Assembly: GCF_009914755.1 (NCBI RefSeq)
Contig: NC_060925.1
DNA: 64,000 nucleotides
Source of the DNA: the human T2T-CHM13v2.0 reference genome, Homo sapiens
Reading direction: 5' to 3' (one strand)
The notes under the pieces are model-generated. The model was not told the DNA's origin. It did no database searches and was given only the letters and a program-made list of their open reading frames with translations. Below are positions 14,680 through 30,416 of the stretch, one piece after another. A program made the translations under genes and the position numbers. Each line of letters begins with the position of its first letter. Positions within the stretch are counted from its first letter, which is position 1.

Positions 14680-14907
14680 TCTTAGCAAAATCTCTGATGC
14701 CGTGTCATGGAATTATTTTTTCTAAGTGTTCTACCTGTATTAACATTTACTATTCACAATAAACCTGTGAGGTACTGTTTATCACCCTCATTTTACAAAC
14801 AAAGAAACTGAGGCACAGAGAGGTTAAGTAATTTGTTCAAGATCATATACCAGAGTCAGGACTCAAATCCTGGAAATATGACTGCAGAGCTTATGCTTTT
14901 AACCACT
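14680..14907 (-). mobile_element. MIR SINE
   Basis: Reverse MIR core cattttacaaacaaagaaactgaggcacagagaggttaagtaatttg. Confidence 0.85.
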
Positions 14908-16838
14908 TTATTAAAAGCCTGGAAATAACATTTATGTAAGATAACAGCCATTCACTCAACAAATATAAAAGGTGCCACATTCTGTGCTAGGCACTAGTAC
15001 CTAAAACCTTCAAGACACAGAGCTTATATCCTTTAGGGAACTTACAATGTGGTGACTACAAGCAATCATATTACCTCAAAGTTATGAGTCAAAAGCCAGG
15101 ATATTTCTCTGGATTAAAGAACAAAGGCCCCCTTTAAATTACTGCCATTTAATAACCATAAGAATTATGGCACAACCATAATTTACTTATAGAACTAATC
15201 AAGGTTTCTACATCTCCTGAATAAATGTGAATAAAATTGTCATTGCACTTCCTCCATCTCTATGTTAAGAACAGATACAAAAATTATTTTAATGTAATTG
15301 TTACAATGTATCTAACATATTATCAAAATGTGTCATAAAAATAATTTCTGGTCATTAAGGGTACCAAAAGTTTGGTCAAGAGGTAGATCAATGTCAAAGG
15401 TTAACTCAAACAAAAAGCAAAGAAAACTAGATAATGAAGTCCTACTTAGATATACATAGATAAAAACAAATATATGATAAAAAACAAACAACAAATCTAT
15501 GACCAGGTATATTTAGATTTCTTGCCTCTATTTGTTTGGTCTTTTCCTTCCTCAGCTCTCTCTTATAGTCTCAATCACTATTTTCCTCTCTCTTCAATGC
15601 ATGCATTATAAATGTACTCCTAACTGAAAATACTTCATGGGCTTTAAAAATAGGGTTACTCTCATTTACTCTGGAAGGATAGAATAGTTATATGCTATTA
15701 AAACCAAAAAACAACTGTAGATAATGTATAATTTATATAATGTATATGAAACAGAATGATTATGTTTAAATAAAATGTTACTCTTATTTTTAACCCTTTT
15801 TTGTTTCAAAGAACTGTACCACTGCATACTATTAAATAATTATGTAAATTAAAATTGGACCAATAATCTAACAGCAGTAGATTCTGCCATTTATCCTTTT
15901 TAAAGGGAAACAGGTTGCTTGGAGGCCAAGTGGGTTAGTAAAAGGAACGGAATAATTTTCAGTTTGGCTTGAGTGAAGGTTATTCTGAAGAGCAATGACT
16001 GTTTTTTCATCCTTTTGTAATAAACAATGGAAACTAAACGACAGTTAGCAACATGGAAATCAAATGAGAAAGGTGTAAATTATTTTTAAAAAGACACCAA
16101 GCATGTAACTAAGATAAAACTGTTGGTTTGGCAAATACCATCAGTCTATACATGAATGACAGTTCCCTGGCTCTGGATAACAAAAGGGACTGCTCCCAGT
16201 AGATCACAGAGTGCTCACCTGATTCTGTCTGTCTTCTGGCAACCCTTGGCATATGGCTGAAACTTGCAGGTGTTCTCCCAAGATCTGGTTACTTCCTGTC
16301 CCTCCTTTTAATTGATTGTCTGCAATTCACTCAGTTTTAAACGTGCATCCTTTATTTATTTGAAGTTTATTTAGCTTGTCAAGTGCTGTGATGATGACAG
16401 AGCTGTTGTGGGATCTGTATTTTTTTTTTTAAAGAGAAAGCCTGAAGGTCCCTTGTAGTAAGGTTTCAGGCACACTGATCGAATCTCTCATTTGCTTATG
16501 TACAGAACACTTTTACATTTGCTTTTAAATTTCATTTGTTGGCTTGAAAGTTCTTGGAGAAAGAAAACTGTAGAGAAGCATCTTTAAAAATTATTGCCTA
16601 ATAAATGGCATTTAATCCAGATCATGCCTTATTGTGGTTAATATCTAACATTCCAAACACCATATTTTCCTCCTTGATTCAGTCATTATGGAATGACATA
16701 ATGATTTTCATAGTTAAAAAATGCATTTGGGATTCATTTCACCTCCTTAGAGTCTCAGACTTAACTTTATTTTTTGTGCGGCTTATTCAAACAGTGGTTT
16801 TCCTTATGAAATCATTTAAGTAGGAACCATCTGGAAAG

Positions 16839-16941
16839 GTTACTGTGGAAACGGCAGGGGCTGGGAGGTGGGGCTAGAGAGCAAGAGATGCCATGACAAC
16901 CTTTTTCGGGTTTCCCAGGAAACATGGGTTGCTATGGAAAC
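16839..16941. promoter_or_regulatory. Cluster of four RFX X-box-like motifs (candidate enhancer 3' of KCNA3)
   Basis: GTTACTGTGGAAAC 16839-16852, GATGCCATGACAAC 16887-16900, GTTTCCCAGGAAAC 16910-16923 and GTTGCTATGGAAAC 16928-16941, compared with the X-box consensus GTTNCCATGGNAAC. Confidence 0.6.
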
Positions 16942-17222
16942 TGCATCAGTCAGGTCCGAATTAGTAACTTCCGCTGGAAGGGGTGTCTGCCACTTTAATC
17001 TTCTTGTGATACTGCCGAAGCTTATCTCTCAGATGCATTAGGAAATTTTTTGTTTCTCTCAGCAACACTGAAAACATCTGTTTCTAGACTTTGATAGTTG
17101 TTGGGGCTGGGACATATGCACAGAACTTCACAGGAATCTGTTAGTCTAATGCTTTAGAAATGCTTAGCAAGCCCGAAAGAATTAAACTAATTAGTCAGAT
17201 CAGGACATCTTGGGCATTTCCC

Positions 17223-17228
17223 TTTATT
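17223..17228 (-). terminator. Proximal polyadenylation signal (AATAAA) of KCNA3
   Basis: TTTATT on the plus strand is the first AATAAA I find on the mRNA strand after the stop codon, about 600 nt downstream. Confidence 0.65.
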
Positions 17229-17824
17229 CAAAGTTGTAGAGACACTTAAAATTCCGGGAAAGGGGATTCAAATAGGAATTTAAGTCAAAAACCAAATAAC
17301 TCATGGTGGGTTTACAAGTCATTATTCTAGTTAGACTCTTCATCCACATATCTACAGGGTAGGCAACCGAAATACATATTCAATAAATAACGTTGAAAGG
17401 TCCATCAAACCGAAGCATCATTTACTACGAATTGATGTGCTTAGGAAAGAAACAACTGCCTTTAAAATTCTGAGGTTAAACAGTTACTCTAACTGTTCTT
17501 TAGTTTCATTTCCTCCCAGGATGTACTGCTCTTTTTTAAATAGGGCGTGTACTAGAAATGAAGTTTAACGTAAGTCTGTTGTTTACAATGTTCAGAGAGA
17601 GAGGGTAAGAGGGAAAAGGAGAGCTGAGAGAATGCAGCCCACTTGCAAAACAGGCACCTGTTTCAGTATGAAGCAGCAGGGAGAGGGAGAATGAAGTGTG
17701 CTTTCCACTTCTTCAGGTCCTTTCCTTGATGAATGGTCTGGAAATGTATAAAACAAGGGCATAGGCAGACCAAGGGGGCACGTTCCACACAATACTGAGC
17801 ACAGCATGTCACTTGTATCACATA

Positions 17825-20420
<2,596 letters not shown>

Positions 20421-21859
20421 CACTGGGAAGAATCAAGGACCAAGTTTCTGATTGGGATTAGCAGTGACAGCCTGGTCTTTATCCACTACACAGGTTTCCT
20501 GTTGGCGGGGAAATAAGAGGAAAAATGGGAAAGGAAATTCACGAAGTCGAAGTTGTGTGGTTAGAAAGTCCAGCTTTATGACTCAAGCCTGTCGTGGAAG
20601 GGATGAGAGCAGGACCTGTACCTAGACTTTTTACTTAATATTTTGGCACTGCCCTTGTGGTAGGGAATTTGCAGCGCTCTAGTTGTTAAACTGGAAGGAC
20701 ATTCATTCTGCAACTTGTACCTCTTGCTTGATCTGGGCCCAGAGATAACTTACATGTATCTTCTTTAAACTTATTTTTCCAAATTATTGTGGTTACTTTG
20801 AACACAATTTGTTTCCAGAAATTTTAGCAATCTAATATAAGTCAACCCTAGGCTTTAAAAAGTCTGTTTTTTATTGTATCATTCAAATCATTTACAGAAG
20901 AGGAACTATTGTCTAGACAGCTCCTCACCCACCCAAAGTTAGCTGACAATTCAATTTTAAGTAAGTGATTTGTGGTCAATACTTCCCACCACCACTCCCA
21001 ACCATGGGGTTCTCTAGGGCACAGAGTAGGTCCTAGCCAATTTATATTTCTAGCAACTACCAAAGTGCCTTGTAAATGGTGGAGACTTGGTACATACTTG
21101 TCAGATTGAATTCCCCAAGGAGTGTCTCTTTGCGTTGCTATCTGCTCTGGAGTTTCAACATTTCTTCTTTTTGAGCCCAAGATGCTGCTGTGATTCCTAG
21201 GATGAGGAGTGAGGAAAAACTGAGCTCACCATAGAAAACACTGCTCATTTATTCCATAGGATTTCCACCTCCGGCTCTCCTGGGCACAACAGGCACCCAT
21301 GTCCTTTTATTGTCCCTTCATCTTCCGTTTCACCTCCTGGTCAGTGCCAGACAATGCAGGCAGTCACTTATGTTGTGGAATGGCAAAACTGGGCAACCAC
21401 GTAAAACTCTTTCTCTTACAAAACTCCAGAACACTGGAATGTGACAGCCACCTCATTATTTTGCGTATATATTTTGAGCTGGTGATTAGAGTAGCAGTAT
21501 AATCAATCATTCATATATTTAAATCTTAGAATGAGACAGACTGCTTGCTGCAATGATAGCTCATGGAAAGGCAAAGACCCTATTTTTAAAGACCAGATGT
21601 TTCATGTACTTCTATGTCTGACTTAGAAAATGATTTATTCCTTCTTTTGCAGGAATTAGTACTGAAATTAATATTAATCAATGGCAAGGAAGACCAGAGC
21701 AGAGGATAGTCCTGTGACAAATGGTCACAAGCTTCTCCCAGCTGTGAAATGTCTTTCCTTCATAAGTGACTATTTCCATTCCCTTTCATGTATTTGCCTT
21801 GTCTGGAAGACTTTGATTATGTGCTTCTTAGGACACATATAAAGTCCTTACTTTGTATT

Positions 21860-21980
21860 TGGGGCCCAGAGAAGTTTAGCAATTTGCTTAAGCTCACATA
21901 GCTAGTTAGCAGCAGAGCTGGGCCTAAAATCTTGGACCATTTCCAAATCCAGTGTTTGCTTTACTGTATCACACTGTGCA
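21860..21980 (-). mobile_element. MIR fragment
   Basis: ggcccagagaagtttagcaatttgcttaagctcacatagctagttagcagcagagctggg. Confidence 0.7.
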
Positions 21981-22655
21981 ACGCTTGTGTTGATCACTGT
22001 GAGTACTTGATATACTAGATTTCTAACAGCAGCCTATTTGCTTCTGATTGCCGACTAGTTCACTTCAATTCATATTTATCTTAACTGAAAACCACTCCTT
22101 CTGACGGCTCGTCTGTTGTCTATAGAAAATGAGTTGGTGGGCTCATTCTAGCCCTGTTGGACAGCCGAACCCATCACAACAAATCAATGCCAAAAATGGC
22201 ATTTCAAGAGGAAAACATAGCATTTATTTAGTACCCCCAACAGAGTAGCTCAAAGTGATTTGAAAATGTCTCATTAATCCTCATAACACCCCTGTGGGAT
22301 AATAATAATATTATTATAACGTTTAGGCGTAGAACTGTGGCAAAGCCAACAGCTTTTCTGAGCATGTGCAGGATTTCCTCATATTTCAGTCTGCAATACT
22401 AGAGCCTGACTAAAACCGTCAGGTTTGCAAACAGCAAGGGTAAATAAATCTTGGTGTTTGGCCTTTCTGTGTTGCTCTAGGCATAGTTTGTGTTTCCTAC
22501 TGACCACATCAATCCCAGAAATAGTTCACCAGTTGTTTGCCAGATGGTAAGCAGCATTTAGGATTAGCTCAGAAGTGTTTGAGAGTGGGACAAGGCAGGG
22601 CTAGAGGTCCTGATCCACAATTACAGATAAATGAATGGGGAAATAGCACCTAGTA

Positions 22656-24269
<1,614 letters not shown>

Positions 24270-24499
24270 AGCACCTAGTATGTGCACAGCATTGTTCTAG
24301 ATACTGTGGGGATATGAAGTTTAAACATAGATCATGCCCTCATTGGGCTTACATGCTGTTGAAAAGATAGGATATAAATCCATGAAAATTTTTACAATGC
24401 TATTTATTAACAATACATGACAAGAGTACTAGAAATGTTACTTGTGACTATTTTGTCTATTCTAGCCAAGCTGGATGCCTGGCTGTTTCTCAGTTATAC

Positions 24500-24925
24500 T
24501 AAATGAGTTCTGCTCTCAGGGTCTTCATACTTGCCCTTCCCTCTGCCTGCAACACTCTTCCTCCAGTTTTTTTTTTTTTTTTTTTTGGCTCTCTCCATCA
24601 CTTTAGGTCTCCATTAAAACTGTCAGCTTCAGGGAAGTTGCCTTCCCTGACCACAACCACACTAATTCAAATAGCAATCCTTCCCCGCCTCCGTTTGGTA
24701 ACTCTCTAGTCTCTTACCTCCTTTATTTTTCTTCATTTCGTTTATTTACTTGACATTATATTTTATATTTATTTTGTTACTTTCTTATTGTCTGTCACCT
24801 GCACTAAAAAATAAACTCCTTGAAGGCAGGGTTTGGGCTTTTTGACTTCTGTATGCTCCAGATCTGGAAGAGTACCAGGCACATCGTAGATGCTTAATGG
24901 AAGAAAGAAAAGGTACAGAATGAAC
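24500..24925 (+). mobile_element. L2 3' fragment
   Basis: ttccctctgcctgcaacactctt, ccttccctgaccac, aaactccttgaaggcaggg, ccaggcacatcgtagatgcttaat. Confidence 0.7.
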
Positions 24926-24944
24926 ATACAGACATGTGACAGTA

Positions 24945-24950
24945 CTCTCT

Positions 24951-24983
<33 letters not shown>
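24945..24983. repeat. Compound (CT)5(TG)15 microsatellite
   Basis: Read directly from the sequence. Confidence 0.95.
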
Positions 24984-24984
<1 letters not shown>

Positions 24985-25169
24985 CGAGTGTTTATTTTGA
25001 AGACGTATCTGTCTAGTTCTGGTTCATAGAACCAGTTAGGCTATACACATATATATACAAGGATTGTTTTTTAAGTGCCACTTCTTCCCTTTTTTTTTCA
25101 CCTTCCCTTCCCACCATCCTGAAGGGGTCTGTCCTGCACTCCAGAATTATACTTTAAACTCCCCCACTT

Positions 25170-26290
25170 GATATTCTTCCTGAAGTTCCCCAAACTTAAT
25201 ATTTATAACACTGACCTCATTATCTTCTCCCCCAAACTTGCTTCTCTTCCTGTTTTTTTTTTTTTTTTTTTTTTGTGCTAGAATACGGAGTCATCCCTGC
25301 ATCCTTCCTCTGCTCTCACATCTATTCAGTCACTAAGTGCTTTCCATTCCCCCTCCAAGCCCTTCTCAATTCTGTCCATACCTCTCCATTCTCACTGCCA
25401 CTGTCCCAGTTCAGGCTGCCATGACAGTTTCATAACAGGCTCCCTGCTTGCAGTCTCTCTTTTATGTGTTTTATCCTCCAGGATATAGCTGAGTTATTTT
25501 TGTAAAACATAGGTTGGATCACATTGCTCTCCACTGCTGCCATGATGGCCAAACCCTGGCTCTGACCTGTCATTCTGGCCGCATCTCCACACTACTTGCT
25601 GGTCCTTGGACAGGTCATCCACTTACACACTGCTGAGCCATTGCTCATGCTAGCTGCTTATGCTCTAGCTTGCTGGATACTCCTTTCACCTTTTTCCACT
25701 GGTGAATTCAATCTTCAAGTCCCAGCTTAGGGACCACTTCTTTTAAGAGCCCCACCTTCTTGTCAGTCATAATTACCACTTCAAAGAAGATTCCATGTAA
25801 CTGATAAATGAATTCAGTGATACTCTTTCTCATCAGAGCTCTTACGGTATTTTGTTTAAAGCCCCATTAGAGGGCTTTATTGTACTATATTTAGGTGTGT
25901 TTGATATGATCTGTCTCCCTATGAGAATGTGAACTCCATAATACTAATAGCTAACATATTGAGCAGTGAATACACTATGCTAAGTCAGGCATGGTGCTAA
26001 CCACTTTATATGCAGTAACCTCCAACAGCCCTGTAAGGCAGATAATATTACTACTGTAATAGCAGTAGTAATATTTCACAGATAAAGAAACTGAATGCAG
26101 GGTGGTGAATTCACTTGTGCAAGGTTATATAACTAGAAAATGGTAGAACTAGGATTCAAACCAAGAAGTTCACATCCTTAAGCCCTACTGTAGGCTACCT
26201 CTGTGGTGATTAGAGGCCTTATCTTATTCATCTTTGTATTTCCAGTCTCTGGTATTGTGTTGCTATATGATAAATGCTTTTCATATAGTA
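25170..26290 (+). mobile_element. L2 fragment with a minus-strand MIR inserted at about 25940-26200
   Basis: L2 segments (tctccattctcactgccactg, gaatgtgaactcc, ttattcatctttgtatttccag) are interrupted by taatagctaacatattgagc...cacagataaagaaactga. Confidence 0.65.
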
Positions 26291-26596
26291 TAACAGAAGA
26301 AAAATGATTACGAAGCATACTAGCTATTTGCTAAAAAACTGATAGACCATGATGAAAGAATTAGTCGTGTTCCTCAATGCAAGGGCTATACATGGGCTTT
26401 CCTGAATCTGTACCATTTTTTTTAAGAAGTAAGAAAGATGCAAGGTATAAAGAGAAAGTTATTCCAGAAGTAGATGCAGATATAGGTCCTGACTGGGACT
26501 AACATGGCTCTCCAGTGTTGCCATATCCTCAGAAAGACCCAGCAGTCTAAGTCCTTGTTCTCACATGGCAGAGTGATTTTGAGAAAAACATTTCTA

Positions 26597-26899
<303 letters not shown>

Positions 26900-28947
26900 A
26901 GAAAAACATTTTTAGTCAGGGAAGATTGGAACTCTTTTCAGCAAGTATGCCAACCAAAGAGTTAAAAGTATTGTGTGACTGGGCATTAATATAAGCCCTT
27001 GAGCCTCTATATGTAAGAGACAGCAATCAGACACTGAGCCACTTGCATAGCCTTTTCGGGTTGTAGTTAATTTATTGAAAAAGCAGGCACAGTCACACCT
27101 CTAATCATAGATAAGACATACAGTTAATGATGAGATAAGCCTTAAAGCCCATGTATGCCAGTTATTTATTTGCAGATGGGAATCTTCTCAACATTTGTAG
27201 AAACAATTGAATGGCTTTAGAGTACTAGCAAACATATTACCTCTCTTTTAGCAAGATGTACACTACAAGTAATACTTTCACTATGATTTTTCTCAAAGTG
27301 GATTTGGCCAAGAATGTTTAAAAATATCTTGAAAATTAATTTATTTCCTCATGTTCCTTCTGTGAGGTACTTTGTTGTGAGACTGTGGTAAGTCACAATA
27401 AAATTAATTTCAAGAACTAAAATGGATTATTTCAGTTATATGATTGAGTTGACATTAATGTGAACTGTTGAACATAAATTGACATTGTAAGCAAACACCT
27501 ATGGGAAATTATTGAAACGCTGTAAGGTCAAAGATACATTTTGATTGAGGTTTTTGTATTACCATCTGGTGAAACCCAAAACTTATTATTGCAGGCATCA
27601 TATTACAGTGTTATTACTTTGTCATTAGGTTTTGTAATTATGTTGATAAAGCAATTCAAGAACATGTCTGTAGAATAGCATTACACTTTTATTGAGTTTT
27701 CATTACAATTGTAATAATGTTAATGAAAGTATATGAAGGCCCATAATGATCCAGTTAACACTGAGTATTATAATAACAAAAGAATATGAATAGAATTCTT
27801 TGGGGATTTCATCATACCTGAGATATGATGCAATGGATACATTACTTGGTTATAAAATGGATGCAAATAAAATTCAACATGTTATGATACATCCGTCCTT
27901 GCCTGACCCAGGCACAGCTGCAAGTATTGAAAGCTTTCATTTATAGGCTCAGGACAATTTAATTCTAGAGCCAATTTTAAACAAACTTATGGAAATATAT
28001 CAGAAAATCTGATCTTTACCTCAATCCCTGGTGGAAGATCTAGAATCTTTCTTGCTGCTCTAAGCTCAGTGTGTCTGAAGTGGGCCCCTTATTGCCTATA
28101 AACGTTCATCCTGGTTCTGAGGTTTCACCATCTTTTGCATGACAATAGAAACATACTCTGTCTTAGCTTGTTACTGTTCTCTTTAGTTTCTCCGTTGATA
28201 CTGAAGCCCTATCCTGAAACCTCAACTGTCTTGTTTGAGATTCCATTTTTCTTTTTAGCCCTTAGTAGGCTCCTCAAAGGCTGAACCTTGCCATGGGCTG
28301 GAGTCCTTATTTATGCCAGGTGAATCTCTTGGAGCTACACAGCTTCCACCACCCACCTGATTACCAGTATTGCCATTGCCATGGCCATTCTGTGGCTTGC
28401 ATCCTCCACTGGTTTGGACCTTATGAGTGATGAGGCTTTCCCAACTTGCATCCGAATTTTATCCTTCCCTCTAGGATTTTATAATTTGAGAAGCTGGCCA
28501 CCCTTCTTGGGGACCTGTCCTAAAGCTGAATTTATTCTCCTAGCATGAAATCTCACCATTCCCAACCTATTGAAGTCCTAGCATGCCTCATGACTGAGTT
28601 ATGTATATTGGCATGCACAGTTAGAAACACTAAACCAACTTACACTGAGGTTCATTGTTTATATAGTCATTTAAGTGAATTATATAATGAACAAATGGAG
28701 ATATATATCAGTTGTAAGGATAAATTGTCTTGATTTCCCACCCCCATCAAACTTAGGAATCCACCTGTAGCATGCCAGCCTTAACATGCATGTGAACAGA
28801 ACTTTCTGCCAAATGCTTTTATGTTGAAGATTAGCTTTCAGGTAAAGCTTACAGTATGAGCATGTTTATCCATTATGTTATTCAGAACAAGCTAATGTAA
28901 AGATGTGCTGTAGTGTACTAGAAGGGTTCTAGCCTTGGAATCAAATT

Positions 28948-29676
28948 ATAGTCCTCTGCCTTTTATCCATGGGGAGTATGTTCTAAGACCCCCAGTGGGT
29001 GTCTGAAACCACTGATAGTACTGAATATAATTGCTGTCAATCATAACATGTTTCCGTTCATGTCTTCCACCCACAAATTTAATGCCTTTCCATCTTAACT
29101 AAGCACTTGTCATGCACTGTGGCTATAACTTTTGCAGTTTGAGGTATGACAGCAAAACTAGTACAAATTTCTTTTTCCCTCTTCACAATTTCACAGACAG
29201 AAGGTTTGTTCTTACTCAGTATAAGATGTTTTTTCCTTATTAAGTTGAGGACTTTCACCTTTTGACTTTTAAAGGAAACACTTCATAGCTTCTCTTTGGC
29301 ATATCCAAATTTCCAGCAACACTACTCTTGCTCTTTGAGGCTACTATTAAGTAAAATAAGTGTTAACTCGAACGCAAGCACTGTGATACCACAACAGTAG
29401 ACCTGATAACCAAGTGGCTACTAAGTGACTCATGGGCTAAGTGACTGGAGTGGATAGCATATACAGTGTAGATACACAGGACAAAGGGAGAATTCCCCTT
29501 CCAAGAGGGATGGAGTGGGAGGGCAAGAGATTTCATCATGCTACTCAGAACAGCATGCAATTTAAAACTTATGAATTGTTTATTTCTATACATTTTCATT
29601 TAATATTTTCAGACCACAATTGACTGAGAGTAACTGAAATTATGGAAAGCAAGATCACAGATAAGGGAGACTACTG
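28948..29676 (-). mobile_element. MER44 (MER44C-like; Tigger7 deletion derivative) DNA transposon inserted in a MIR
   Basis: Right end ataagggagactactg is the reverse of the CAGTAGTCCCCCCTTAT TIR, and the left end tagtcctctgccttttatcc is a degenerate TIR. The minus strand retains decayed N-terminal transposase codons. MIR halves lie at about 28900-28946 and 29677-29850. Confidence 0.85.
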
Positions 29677-30116
29677 TTTCTGGAGTTAAAATGCCCTTGA
29701 GAAATTCATTTTACCTCTCTCTGTCTTAATTTCTCACATGTAAAATGAAGAAAATAATATCTAAGCCACATGCTACAAGTGTTGAATGAGATTATAGAGG
29801 TGGAAGTATTCAACTCCTTGCCTTAGATACAATAGGTGCTCAATAATTGCTTGCTCACTTATATTTTCTATACAACATAGATGCATAATGCAGGGAGGGT
29901 GAGATGCATTAGGATGTTCATACTTCTGATTGCAAAAGGCCATATGCAATGCAAATCCTTCATCTTTGTTGTGTCTTGAAGAGGGACACAACTTTACGGC
30001 TTTAATTAATACGTAGTCCAAAATCACCTACATTTAGCAGGGCTTACAAAATTAGTCAGAGAACAAAGTACATGCTTTAGAATCAGAACTCTGGCCTTTC
30101 CTGATTATTACTCCCA

Positions 30117-30416
<300 letters not shown>

